Assembly (NCBI GenBank): GCA_963791045.1
Contig: CAWBQK010000017.1
Span: 96,001 to 160,000, forward strand
DNA: 64,000 bases
Origin: Candidatus Latescibacterota bacterium
Lineage (GTDB): Bacteria; Krumholzibacteriota; Krumholzibacteriia; WVZY01
Direction of reading: 5' to 3'
Shown here: one piece after another, positions 39,642-49,160 of the stretch
Position numbering within the stretch: the first letter of the stretch is position 1
How the letters are laid out: each line of letters begins with the position of its first letter
Position numbers and translations under genes: made by a program
Notes under the pieces: model-generated
Databases searched by the model: none
What the model saw: the letters and a program-made list of their open reading frames with translations, nothing else
What the model was told of the DNA's origin: nothing

Positions 39642-41014
39642 TGGGCCAAAAAGGATTCATATTCGATGTCAACAAATGCACGGGCTGTTCCGCCTGCCAG
39701 CTCGCGTGTACGATAGAAAACCAGGTGTCGCCGCAAATCGTCTGGCGCCAAATAAACACCTTCAACCCGCAAAAATATCCCGATATCCCCGTCTTTCACC
39801 ATTCCCTGGCGTGCAATCACTGTATAGATCCGCCGTGTATGGCGTACTGTCCGGCGCTCGCGTTCTCGAAGGATCCGGTGACCGGAGCGGTCACCCTGGA
39901 TGACTCGAAGTGCATTGGGTGTAAGTACTGCTCGTGGGCGTGCCCGTACGATGCCCCGCAATACAACATTTCCAGTGGCGTGATGGAAAAATGCACGTTC
40001 TGCGCGCACCGGCTCGACGAAGGCCTTGCGCCCGCGTGCGTGGCCCAGTGTCCGACGGGGGCGTTGGAGATTGGTGAGTACGAAATAAAGGGTGATCGTG
40101 AAGTTGTTGTCGGCTTTCCGTCAAACGGTACGGAACCGGCCATTGAATTCGTGCCGCTCTCCGACAATCGAGTCTTTCCGGAGTGCGTTGACACGGCAAA
40201 GCCACAGGGGGATCAGGCGGATCGGTTCGGGATGACAATGCCGGACGTGCCGGCGAACAAAGTGACGTTGAGATCGGAGTGGACGCTGGTCTTATTCACT
40301 ATCGTGGCGGCTTTTCTTGTCGGGGTGATAGCGGCGGACGTGTCCGGTTCGTTCAGCATCCATCCCGCGTTGTTTGCCGCGACGGGCCTGGTAGCGATGT
40401 TTGTGAGCACCCTGCACCTGGGGCGTTGGAAAAGGGCGCCACGGGCCGTTCTTAATTTGCGGAGATCATGGCTGAGCCGCGAAGTGGCGTTATTTCCGGT
40501 TTTCTTGTTTTTCGGGGTCTGGTATATCGCGAAAGGTGGCGAGCCCGAACTGGTCGGCGTCGTTGCCCTGGGCTTTGGGTTCGCCGCGCTCTTCTCGATT
40601 GACCGTGTGTATTCGGTAACGAAAGCGAAAGGTCTGGGGATTCACAGTGCTGGGGTGGTTCTGACCGGGCTTCTCGTCGTTATGGTTCTGACGGGGCTGC
40701 AGGGATATCTGTTCGCCGGGGTTCTTCTTATCCTGAAAACCGTACTCTATGCGAAAAGAAAGTATGCTTTTGGACGTGAGAAACGCGACACTCGTCTTAT
40801 CCTCAGCGCCGTGCGACTGGCGGGGAGTTGTACGCCGGTTCTCTTGTGGGTCGGGGGTTGGAAGGGGACGGAGGCCGTTGCCTTCGGGCTCGTCGCACTC
40901 GGAGAATTGGTCGATCGTTGCGAGTTCTATATCGAACTCGAAATTCCGACGCCGCGCGGGGAGATGGCGCGGGAACTTCGCCGGCAGTTGATCCCAAGCA
41001 AAAAGGCCGGTTGA
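39641..41014 (+). CDS. DmsB-like 4Fe-4S subunit fused to a DmsC-like membrane anchor
   Basis: CTGCSACQLAC, CNHCIDPPC...CP, CIGCKYCSWACP, KCTFC...PACV..CP; then EWTLVLFT, STLHLG, SWLSRE and multiple TM helices. Confidence 0.88.
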   Translation: MGQKGFIFDVNKCTGCSACQLACTIENQVSPQIVWRQINTFNPQKYPDIPVFHHSLACNHCIDPPCMAYCPALAFSKDPVTGAVTLDDSKCIGCKYCSWACPYDAPQYNISSGVMEKCTFCAHRLDEGLAPACVAQCPTGALEIGEYEIKGDREVVVGFPSNGTEPAIEFVPLSDNRVFPECVDTAKPQGDQADRFGMTMPDVPANKVTLRSEWTLVLFTIVAAFLVGVIAADVSGSFSIHPALFAATGLVAMFVSTLHLGRWKRAPRAVLNLRRSWLSREVALFPVFLFFGVWYIAKGGEPELVGVVALGFGFAALFSIDRVYSVTKAKGLGIHSAGVVLTGLLVVMVLTGLQGYLFAGVLLILKTVLYAKRKYAFGREKRDTRLILSAVRLAGSCTPVLLWVGGWKGTEAVAFGLVALGELVDRCEFYIELEIPTPRGEMARELRRQLIPSKKAG

Positions 41015-41119
41015 ACACCGGCCTCGGGCCGGCCCCCACACCCTTGTGGGGGGGGGCGACCAATCTTGCTAACGAAAATTTCGATCGACGAGACGGATCA
41101 ACCGCCGGTCACGATTAGT

Positions 41120-41746
41120 CTAGTCGTGACCCGGAGGATTCCTGTCAATGACGACCTGGAATGTCACCGCGACACGCCACTTGAACGAAAGCGGGTCAGC
41201 CGCTGAAGGTTCCGGCGTGACGGTTCCGGCATCCATGGTCAGGATCAAGCGCGGATCCATGCCCGCGACGAGATCAACGAGCGCTCTGTCGACAAGCGCC
41301 ACGCCGTCCGAGTTGAGGTCGGCGTAGATCGCCATGTCCTTCGCGGCCATGAGTGACTGATCCGTCATGTTGACGAATGTCGCCGGACCGTCATCCAGGG
41401 CTTCCCCCGGGGTATCCTGACGCTTGATCGTCACGGCGGACGAAACCACCCAATCGTGTTCCGAGGTAAGCCTCTGGACCATGTAGGTACCGCTCACGAT
41501 ATGGATGGACCTGATGTCCTTGACCTTTGTGTCGTGCTTCTCGAGAAGCTTGTACACTCGGTCCGCAAAGTCATCGCAGACAACCGCGCTGCCCAGGGTT
41601 GGGCTCTCACGATATTCGTCGAGGGAGATTTTCACCGTTTCGGTGATAACCACTTCGGTCGACATATCGTCGTATACACAGCCGCTCGCGAGAACGAGAA
41701 CACAGAGAATGGGAAGCACGGCAACGCTCAAGATTGCCTTCTTCAT
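41120..41746 (-). CDS. Hypothetical lipoprotein (paralog 2)
   Basis: Lipobox ASGC; colinear similarity to 41860..42480. Confidence 0.75.
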   Translation of the reverse strand: MKKAILSVAVLPILCVLVLASGCVYDDMSTEVVITETVKISLDEYRESPTLGSAVVCDDFADRVYKLLEKHDTKVKDIRSIHIVSGTYMVQRLTSEHDWVVSSAVTIKRQDTPGEALDDGPATFVNMTDQSLMAAKDMAIYADLNSDGVALVDRALVDLVAGMDPRLILTMDAGTVTPEPSAADPLSFKWRVAVTFQVVIDRNPPGHD

Positions 41747-41859
41747 GGTTCACGCTCCTGTCGTTAGGGACGATGCCTGATGGCCGGGGCGTGGCCTTCA
41801 CGCGCCGGCCGCCACTTGATGTATTTACTCGGCGCCCTTCTTGACACCTCTTGCTGCAA

Positions 41860-42480
41860 CTAGCTGCTGACATCCATATTGATAACAATCTGGAAAACGA
41901 TCCTTGCCTGCCACATGAACGAAAGCGGATCGGCCGCGGTCGGCGCCGGCGTGATGTCGTCGCTTTCCATGGTGACGATGAGTCTCGGGTCCGCGCCGGT
42001 CAGAAGATCGGCAAGTGCGTTATTGACGACGCCCACGCCGGCCGAATTGAGATCCGCCGGAACGGGTTTGCCTTTGGCATCCCCGAGGGGCTGATTCGTC
42101 AGGTTGACGAAGATCTCAGGCCCTTCGGTCACGGGGCCGGACGGGTCGTCCTGGCGTTTGATGGTCACTTCACCGGTAACGGTCCAGTCATGGCTCCTCG
42201 ACGGCTTGGTGACCTTGTACTCACCCGACACCATGGTTATGGCGGTCACGTCTTCAAGCTCGACGTCATATTCGTCGAGTTTCGCCATGAGCTTCATTTT
42301 GAAGTCATCGACGACAACGGCGCTTCCGATGTCCGCGGTTGTGCGGTACTCATCGAACTGGACGTTGATCTTCTCGGTCACGACGATCTCCGTGGCGAGT
42401 TCATCGTAAACACATCCACTCGAAACCGCGAGGAAGCAGAGGACGGGAAGGATGAGTAATTTAAATACCGCTTTATTCAT
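41860..42480 (-). CDS. Hypothetical lipoprotein (paralog 1)
   Basis: Lipobox SSGC; shares GCVYD, DEYR, HDW.V, VTIKRQD, ADLNS.GV, DPRLI and AADPLSF.W with paralog 2. Confidence 0.75.
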   Translation of the reverse strand: MNKAVFKLLILPVLCFLAVSSGCVYDELATEIVVTEKINVQFDEYRTTADIGSAVVVDDFKMKLMAKLDEYDVELEDVTAITMVSGEYKVTKPSRSHDWTVTGEVTIKRQDDPSGPVTEGPEIFVNLTNQPLGDAKGKPVPADLNSAGVGVVNNALADLLTGADPRLIVTMESDDITPAPTAADPLSFMWQARIVFQIVINMDVSS

Positions 42481-42496
42481 TGTGCACGCTCCTGTT

Positions 42497-43416
42497 CTAA
42501 GGGTGATATTTCAAAGCCAAGCCGATCGCGTATGCGTCCTGGCCACCGATGTTGTATTCTCCATGGGCCGCCAGGAAGGCGATGTTGATTGTGGCGCCGA
42601 GTGTTCCGCGGTAGTGATCACCGGAGTCCAACGACATATCGATGTTGTCTTCCTCCGTGTCGCCAACGTAAGACAAATCCATGTTGAAATCGTCGTACGA
42701 AATGCCGGCGTAGGGTTCAAACCACGAAAACCTCTTGCTCACCTGCAACCCCACAGTAAACGCCTCAGCTTTAACTAAGTCATCACCCCTTTCGTTTTCT
42801 CCCATCGCAAAGCGCTGCCAGAAAGCTCCAACAGCCATGTCGACAGGAAAGTTGCCCAAATACTGCGAAACACTGTGTCGAATTCCCAAACCATATAAAT
42901 TGAAAGATCCAAGTTCTCCGCTGTCACCCGTGTACAGAAGGGCGAAACGGACCAACGCTTCCGTTCCGTAGAACGATCCGATACGCAGCTGCGGAACGGC
43001 AAAATCAAAACTATCGAGATCAAATCCTCCGGGAAATGCGAAACGCGTTCCCGACTCACCATCAACATAAACTGCTTTTTGGGATCCCACGACCGTCGGT
43101 GCTTCCGTCGTTTGTTCTGGTCGAAATCCCTGTTCGGTTGTCGCCATAAATGTCTTGTCGCTGTCCGAAAAACGAACCGTCATAAACAAGACTTCGAAGC
43201 TGAGGTGAAGCCCCCCCTTGAAATGCGCGCAGAGTGGTAGAGCCCGGCGTTCAAATCTGCACCAAACGCATCTACCAGCGGCTCGAGATAACCCGAGGCA
43301 TTTCGTCCTGTGTACGATGATAACTGGTTGCCAAGCTGCGCTGACACAGGCGACGCCAGGAAGAGAATAAAAACGCATAGGGCGGTGCCTCTAAAGAGAC
43401 ACGTCATTACTTTCAA
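42497..43416 (-). CDS. DUF6588-like outer-membrane beta-barrel protein (frameshift near 43220)
   Basis: Signal peptide, YLEPL..AFGADLNAG.YHSA, PT.VG, PQLRIG...GTE...RF, G.GIRHS.SQY; terminal amphipathic strands. Confidence 0.65.
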
Positions 43417-43538
43417 TAATCTCTCCCGGTCGAATTTCTAATGCCTTGCATATGATTCTATCACAATGGCTTATTATTTTCAAGAGATAAAGCCCGCTGG
43501 TATGCATCAAACGGGATGTTTGGGCTTGAGGTGGTGGG

Positions 43539-44720
43539 CTACGCGCGTCTCATCCGGTGGAGAACAAGCCAGAAGGCGAGACCGAAAAGCACGCCTGCGA
43601 AGGTGTTGACGGTGACTATGGCTACGGCGGTGAGCATCATGACGGCGGCATCAGGCCGCCGGGTCTGATCGCGAGCGGCGCCGGCAAGTTCGATTCCGGC
43701 AAATACGAGGAGAACGCCCAAAACGGCGCCGGGAAAGACGCTCATGACGGTAATGGCCGCGCCTCCGAAAGCCAGCCCCAGCGCCATCTTGAGGACTCCG
43801 ATCATCACCACAGAACCACCCGTTCTTGCGCCGAAGCGATACTGGGCCGCCAAACCACCGGACCCGTGGCACATCGGCATGGCGCCAAACCAACATGTAA
43901 CCAGGTTAATTACACCGACGGAGACGGCGGTCGCGCGAGAGGACATTTGTCGTGCGGGAAAAAGGTCACGCGAAAGTGCACACACCGCGATAACCGAATT
44001 GAGTACGGTCAGCGGGATCTGCGGGACGGCACCATGGACGAGGCCGTCCACCCATGCGTTGGAAGACGGGAATACGGCAAAAAATGACGGTATCCCTAAA
44101 AATTCTGTTTTGAGTCCGGGTAGAGCGGAAGGTATTGAAATCGCGAGGCCAATCATAAAAAGCACAAGCGCTCCGGGGAAACGAGCGAAACGCAAGGAGA
44201 AGAGAAGGAGCGCGGCAAGAGCCACCGCCGTGGCCACGCTGTCCGGACCTACCAGGGGCGTTGCGGTGATGTATTCGACGGCCCGAGAAAGAAGCTTTAT
44301 CGCTACCCCCACCTGAATTCCCCGAACCACGGAAAGAGGAACGATTCGTTCGATTCGGGTCATCGCGCCGGTCAGGCCGAGAAAAAGAATCACTGCGCCC
44401 GTGATGATACCCGCGGCTGCAATGGCGCCGGGGTGAAGCGCGTCGGCGATGGCCACGGCGGCGATCGCTTTCATGGGTTGCACCGGAACGGGGATGCCAA
44501 ACAGGACACCAGCGAATATGTTCGCCAGTCCGGCGAAAATAAGTATCAACCCGAGATCCATGCCGGACACGACAGCCATGCCCGCCGCGAGCGGAATAAA
44601 AGTACCCAGGTCCCCGAGTCCACCCGAAAACTCAATGAGACTGAACTTGAATCGTTGCGTGCTGAATTGAGGCGTGTCTGCCGTCGAGAGTTTTCGATTG
44701 GTTTCGTGGTGTGTTGACAT
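43539..44720 (-). CDS. MOT1-family molybdate transporter
   Basis: EFSGGLGDLGTFIP, PVQPMKAIAAVA, PQIPLTVLNSVIAV, MPMCHGSGGLAAQYRFGARTG; last gene of the Moco operon. Confidence 0.85.
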   Translation of the reverse strand: MSTHHETNRKLSTADTPQFSTQRFKFSLIEFSGGLGDLGTFIPLAAGMAVVSGMDLGLILIFAGLANIFAGVLFGIPVPVQPMKAIAAVAIADALHPGAIAAAGIITGAVILFLGLTGAMTRIERIVPLSVVRGIQVGVAIKLLSRAVEYITATPLVGPDSVATAVALAALLLFSLRFARFPGALVLFMIGLAISIPSALPGLKTEFLGIPSFFAVFPSSNAWVDGLVHGAVPQIPLTVLNSVIAVCALSRDLFPARQMSSRATAVSVGVINLVTCWFGAMPMCHGSGGLAAQYRFGARTGGSVVMIGVLKMALGLAFGGAAITVMSVFPGAVLGVLLVFAGIELAGAARDQTRRPDAAVMMLTAVAIVTVNTFAGVLFGLAFWLVLHRMRRA

Positions 44721-44729
44721 CGAAGTGGA

Positions 44730-45320
44730 TTAGTCACCGCTCACCGGGCGAAGGTCAAGAGGCGAGTTGATATTGTCAAGTGCCCGGCTTCCCCGTGGGA
44801 GAATCACGGGTGCCCAGGAAAGTTCGCGTATGCCCTCCACCAGTGAGAGGGAGTTGTTTTCAAGACGTTGAGCCCAGAACTTCGCCGTCCTGCGATGGTA
44901 AAGTGCAGCGAGAGGTTCGGGCTCGCCCGATAAGCTTAGCGTGACGATATCGAAACCATCGGAATCTTGCGCGGCGAGTCTCTCGAGGTCGCGGGGCGCG
45001 AGCTTGGGGAGGTCGCCGGCGATGATCAGGCACCATGTGGTGGGTGCGCTCTTCAGGGCGGAAACGAGGCCGCCGAGGGGCCCGCACCCGGGTTTCGCGT
45101 CACGGACGATCCGGGAAGGATCAGTGATGATTTCGTCGAGGTTGTCGCCGACGCAGAAGGGCTCGTTGCCCAAAAAATCACGAAGGAGTTCTCTTGCCCG
45201 GTCGAGCAAAGAGCGTCCATTGATTTCAATAAGACGTTTGTCGTGCCCGAAGCGTCGACTGTCGCCGCCGGCAATAATGTAGCCGGTGATCTCGTTGGCG
45301 GAAACGCTCAATCGATCCAC
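44730..45320 (-). CDS. mobA: Molybdenum cofactor guanylyltransferase
   Basis: IIAGGDSRRFG.DK, GPLGG, DLP, EPLAALY, NINSP.DL. Confidence 0.88.
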   Translation of the reverse strand: MDRLSVSANEITGYIIAGGDSRRFGHDKRLIEINGRSLLDRARELLRDFLGNEPFCVGDNLDEIITDPSRIVRDAKPGCGPLGGLVSALKSAPTTWCLIIAGDLPKLAPRDLERLAAQDSDGFDIVTLSLSGEPEPLAALYHRRTAKFWAQRLENNSLSLVEGIRELSWAPVILPRGSRALDNINSPLDLRPVSGD

Positions 45321-46507
45321 TCCACTTTGACCTTGTCGCCGGCAGAGAGCGAACGTTGGCTTTCGTCGAGCAGTATAAACCCGTTCATTCCGCGGAGGGA
45401 TGATAAGCGTCCTGACCGTTGCCGTGTCGCCGGGTGAACCAAGATCTTCCCACCCGATTCTTCGAGCCGCGCGCCGATGAGGCAAAAACGCCCACCCGTC
45501 ACTTTCAGATTCTCTTGCAGGACTCCGGTGGCCGACCGGATGTGGGGAGGAAGTCCCATTAGCAGGCAAACGATGCGACGGACATAGAGATGGTAAGTCG
45601 CCACGACGCTCACCGGATTTCCGGGCAGGCCAATAAACCATGCCGACGGAAATTTCGCGAGAACGCACGGTTTGCCGGGTTTGATTTTGACCTTCTTGAA
45701 GATGATTTCTCCGCCGAGGCGGTCGACGATTTCCGGCAAGTAATCAAAATCTCCTACTGAGACGCCGCCGGTGGAAATCACCAGGTCGCTATGTTCGAGA
45801 CATTGTTCGAGTGTGGCGGCGATCCTGTCGGGATCGTCGGGTACGGGTATATCGACAACATGCGGTTTGATCGACAGTCTGCCGAGAAGAGAGCGAAGGA
45901 CGACCAGGTTCGAGTCGTAAAGTTTCCCGGGCATGAGCTCATCGCCGGGCCGGATGAGTTCGGAACCCGTCGAGAATATCGACACGCGCGGGCGCGGCGT
46001 GACTGGGATCGATGTAATCCCAATCGATGTCAGTATTCCGGCGTCGACGGGTGTGATCGCGGTTTCCTTTTTGAAGAGGGGATCGTCTCTGCGAATATCG
46101 TCGCCAATGGGACGCACGTCCTTGCCGAGTTGAGGCCTGTCGCTGACAATGACCTGGTCGTCTTCGAAGCGAACGTCTTCGACTCGTATAACAGTGTCCG
46201 CACCGTCGATAAGGGGGGCGCCGGTCATAATCTTGACCGCGCAACCTCGCGAGAGTGGTCTTTCGGAAATATTCCCGGCTCCGATAACGCCTTGAATTCT
46301 CAGCCGCCAGGGGCCGGCGCCGGCGAGGTCATCGAAACGGATCGCGATCCCGTCCATGGAAGAGCTGGCAAACTGCGGCACATCGAACGGCGCGTGAACG
46401 TCCACCGCGAGGCGGCAACCAAGAGCTTCGTCGGGCGTGACGGCGGCGCGGTCGAGCGGTTTTACGGCTCCCGCGATTCGTTCGAAAGCTTCTGAAATTG
46501 AAATCAT
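45308..46507 (-). CDS. moeA: Molybdopterin molybdotransferase
   Basis: SSMDG, IMTGAP, STGSEL, YDSN, TGGVSVGDFD, KPGKP, LPGNPVS. Confidence 0.95.
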   Translation of the reverse strand: MISISEAFERIAGAVKPLDRAAVTPDEALGCRLAVDVHAPFDVPQFASSSMDGIAIRFDDLAGAGPWRLRIQGVIGAGNISERPLSRGCAVKIMTGAPLIDGADTVIRVEDVRFEDDQVIVSDRPQLGKDVRPIGDDIRRDDPLFKKETAITPVDAGILTSIGITSIPVTPRPRVSIFSTGSELIRPGDELMPGKLYDSNLVVLRSLLGRLSIKPHVVDIPVPDDPDRIAATLEQCLEHSDLVISTGGVSVGDFDYLPEIVDRLGGEIIFKKVKIKPGKPCVLAKFPSAWFIGLPGNPVSVVATYHLYVRRIVCLLMGLPPHIRSATGVLQENLKVTGGRFCLIGARLEESGGKILVHPATRQRSGRLSSLRGMNGFILLDESQRSLSAGDKVKVEWID

Positions 46508-46941
46508 TACCTCTCCACTAACTCGATGGGGTCACCTGTGCGAATTTCCCCGCCGCGGATTACTTTCGCGAACATTCCTTCCCGGGGCATGATGCAATCA
46601 CCGACGGTCTCGCGGATCTCGCATCCCATGTGACAATTTTTGCCGATCTGGATTATCTCGATCTCAACGGAATCACCCAGGTTCAATTTCGAGCCGATCT
46701 TCAAATCTGAGAAATCGAGTCCCACGGTTGTCACATTTTCACCAAAATCACCGGGGGAGATCACGAGGTCCGGGTGCGCGAGCTTTGAAAAGCTCTCGAG
46801 GGGCAGCAAACTCAAAGGGCGATCGGTCGGTCCGTGAATGTCGCCTTCGATCCCCGCTCCGGCAGTGATCGTGGCGTGTTCGACATTCAACTTCTTTTTC
46901 CCTTTTACGGCCGAAATGGAAATTTTATGAATTGATCCCAT
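46507..46941 (-). CDS. MOSC domain protein
   Basis: GIEGD.H, GDFGEN.T, QIGK.CH..C.I...GDCIMPREG.FA.V..GG.I..GD. Confidence 0.88.
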   Translation of the reverse strand: MGSIHKISISAVKGKKKLNVEHATITAGAGIEGDIHGPTDRPLSLLPLESFSKLAHPDLVISPGDFGENVTTVGLDFSDLKIGSKLNLGDSVEIEIIQIGKNCHMGCEIRETVGDCIMPREGMFAKVIRGGEIRTGDPIELVER

Positions 46942-46978
46942 TGTTTCTTCTCTTTTAAGGATATGAGAACGTGGCTTG

Positions 46979-47473
46979 CTAATCGTCGGCGTCGACGCGG
47001 TGCCAGTCACCGGAGGCGCCGCCCGATTTGGACTCGAGCCGCACGGCTTCGATTGTCATCCCGCGGTCGAGACTTTTCCCCATGTCGTAAACGGTAAGGG
47101 CGGCTACCGAAGCGGCGGTCAGAGCTTCCATCTCAACGCCGGTATGGTAATTCGCGACCACCGTCGACTGGACGGTTACGCATGGCGGATCCTCCCCGGT
47201 CGTAAGAACAATCGACACGTGCGACAACGGCAAGGGGTGACAAAGAGGGATGATATCGCTGGTTTTCTTTGCCGCCTGTATGCCGGCGATTCGCGCGGCG
47301 GCAAACGCATCGCCTTTTGCCAGTGTGTTATCCACCAGCATCTTGAGGAGTTCCCGTGACATGAGTATACGCGCCGATGCGACGGCCCGGCGCCGCGTGA
47401 TGGGCTTGGCAGTAACGTCCACCATATGAGCGCGCCCCTCGTCGTCGAGATGCGAAAATTTATTGTCATTCAT
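46979..47473 (-). CDS. moaC: Cyclic pyranopterin monophosphate synthase
   Basis: HMVDV..K, AGIQAAKKT..IIPLCHP, TGVEMEAL, YDMGK, KSGG.SG. Confidence 0.95.
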   Translation of the reverse strand: MNDNKFSHLDDEGRAHMVDVTAKPITRRRAVASARILMSRELLKMLVDNTLAKGDAFAAARIAGIQAAKKTSDIIPLCHPLPLSHVSIVLTTGEDPPCVTVQSTVVANYHTGVEMEALTAASVAALTVYDMGKSLDRGMTIEAVRLESKSGGASGDWHRVDADD

Positions 47474-48477
47474 CCGCCGATTCCTCGCATTGATGGACGG
47501 GTTGTTGTGATCGATTGCTCCGATGGCGTTCTTCTGAAACCGGACCGGGTAATGTGTGCGGCCAATATACCGGCAATCTCTTCGGTGTCCAGGTTTCTGC
47601 CAAGAAGGGAGCGGCAATCGAATTGTGAATCGCCGAAAAGACATCCGACGATGTCACCGGAACTCGTGACTCGAAGCCTGTTGCAACTACCGCAGAAACT
47701 GGTCGTCACCGGAGATATAAAACTAACACGCCCAGGTTGTCCGGGGACAAAGAAAGTCGTTGCCGGGCCGTTGTTGTGTTGCTTCGAAGCGTCGGGTTCG
47801 AGGGGAAGACGAATCTTGTCCCTGATTTCCTTTTCGCCGACGAAGAGTTTCTCGCTCCACGAGGCATGCCGTGTGGGCATGAATTCGATGAAACGGATGT
47901 CGAGGCCGGCTTGAATTGCCCATTCACAAAATCCTGTGACCTCGTCATCATTGAAGCCCCTCATGATGACGGAATTGACTTTGACGCGTTCAAAAGCGTT
48001 GGATTCAACGGCGGCTTTGATGCCCTGCATGACACGGGAAAAACCGTCCACTCCGGTCATCCGTTCGAAACGCTCCGGGTCGAGCGTATCGAGACTCACA
48101 TTCAGGCGGTTGAGACCGGCGTCCACAAGAGGGTCGAGGTGCGTGTCGAGAAGAAGCCCGTTCGTCGTTAGGCCGACGATGGAAACACCGTCGAGAGCGC
48201 TTGTGACGCGAACCAGGTCCAGAACACCGCTCCTTAGGAGAGGTTCGCCGCCGGTGAAGCGAAATTTGTCGATGCCGAGATGCGAAAAAGCGGCGATGAG
48301 CTCCAACAGTTGTGCCACGTCGAGTTCCGGAACGTGGTCACAAGTGGCCGACTTGCGGGCGCCGCAGTACACGCACTCCATGTTGCAGCGATTGGTAAGC
48401 GATATTCTTACATAGGAAAGTTCTCGTCCCAGGGCGTCTTTGAATACGCCGAGCGCGGATTGTTGGCTGGAGCTCAT
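47470..48477 (-). CDS. moaA: GTP 3',8-cyclase
   Basis: RISLT.RCNMECVYC, FTGGEP, NVSLDTL, RFIEFMP, FCGSCNRLR...GCLF, C-terminal IGG. Confidence 0.95.
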   Translation of the reverse strand: MSSSQQSALGVFKDALGRELSYVRISLTNRCNMECVYCGARKSATCDHVPELDVAQLLELIAAFSHLGIDKFRFTGGEPLLRSGVLDLVRVTSALDGVSIVGLTTNGLLLDTHLDPLVDAGLNRLNVSLDTLDPERFERMTGVDGFSRVMQGIKAAVESNAFERVKVNSVIMRGFNDDEVTGFCEWAIQAGLDIRFIEFMPTRHASWSEKLFVGEKEIRDKIRLPLEPDASKQHNNGPATTFFVPGQPGRVSFISPVTTSFCGSCNRLRVTSSGDIVGCLFGDSQFDCRSLLGRNLDTEEIAGILAAHITRSGFRRTPSEQSITTTRPSMRGIGG

Positions 48478-48983
48478 TCGTGCGGATTTCCTCCGCGCGA
48501 TAATTCGATAGCGTGGGACAAAACCGGTTCCAGTGCCGCAAGGTTCTCGATGGCGGCCGTGGGTTTTCCGGGCAGATTGACTATCAGAGTCGATCCTGCG
48601 AGTCCTGCAACGGCGCGTGAAAGCATCGCGAAAGGCGTGTGCTGCGACGACGCTTGTCGCATCGCCTCTTCGATCCCCGGTATTCGCTTGTCGATAACAT
48701 TGATGGTTGCTTCAGGTGTTACGTCCCTCGGCGACAAGCCGGTTCCTCCGGAAGTGAGGATCAAATCGATCTCGGATTGTGACCACTCATGAAGTGTGGA
48801 GACGATCCTGTCTTTGTCGTCGGGAAGAACAATGGATGCGACGATCTTAACGCCAATCGTTTCCAGGTGGCGCGCAAGAAGCGGCAGTGTCTCATCCGGT
48901 CGTGTGCCATCCGCGGCACGGTCGCTGGCGATCAGGATTCCGGCCTTCACGGGCGGTCGATTGGATGATGCGTTTTGTGACAT
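48474..48983 (-). CDS. mogA: Molybdopterin adenylyltransferase (MogA/MoaB family)
   Basis: ASDR, TSGGTGLSPRDVTPEAT, AMLSR, NLPGKP. Confidence 0.88.
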   Translation of the reverse strand: MSQNASSNRPPVKAGILIASDRAADGTRPDETLPLLARHLETIGVKIVASIVLPDDKDRIVSTLHEWSQSEIDLILTSGGTGLSPRDVTPEATINVIDKRIPGIEEAMRQASSQHTPFAMLSRAVAGLAGSTLIVNLPGKPTAAIENLAALEPVLSHAIELSRGGNPHE

Positions 48984-49086
48984 TTGGGTAAACCATATAG
49001 GCCGGGAGGTGGTGTGTCCAGCCTCGTGTTTGTTGAAATCCTATTTCGACGGGGAAGTCCTCGACTGGACAGGGGAAGATAAAGGT

Positions 49087-49118
49087 ACGCCCCGCGACAC
49101 GTTGGTCGCGGGGCGTTT
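49087..49118. terminator. GC-rich hairpin downstream of the cytochrome gene
   Basis: ACGCCCCGCGAC/GTCGCGGGGCGT perfect 12-bp stem. Confidence 0.55.
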
Positions 49119-49160
49119 GCATCGGCCGAAGAGGCCGAGCCCCCATAACCTCCCAAAAGC

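Noticed and set aside
48984-49160. Possible Moco/Wco riboswitch upstream of the Moco operon
   Set aside because: Only a CCTCCC-like fragment is visible. The other conserved elements and the paired SD are not, and the main hairpin is better explained as a terminator. A cmscan would settle it.
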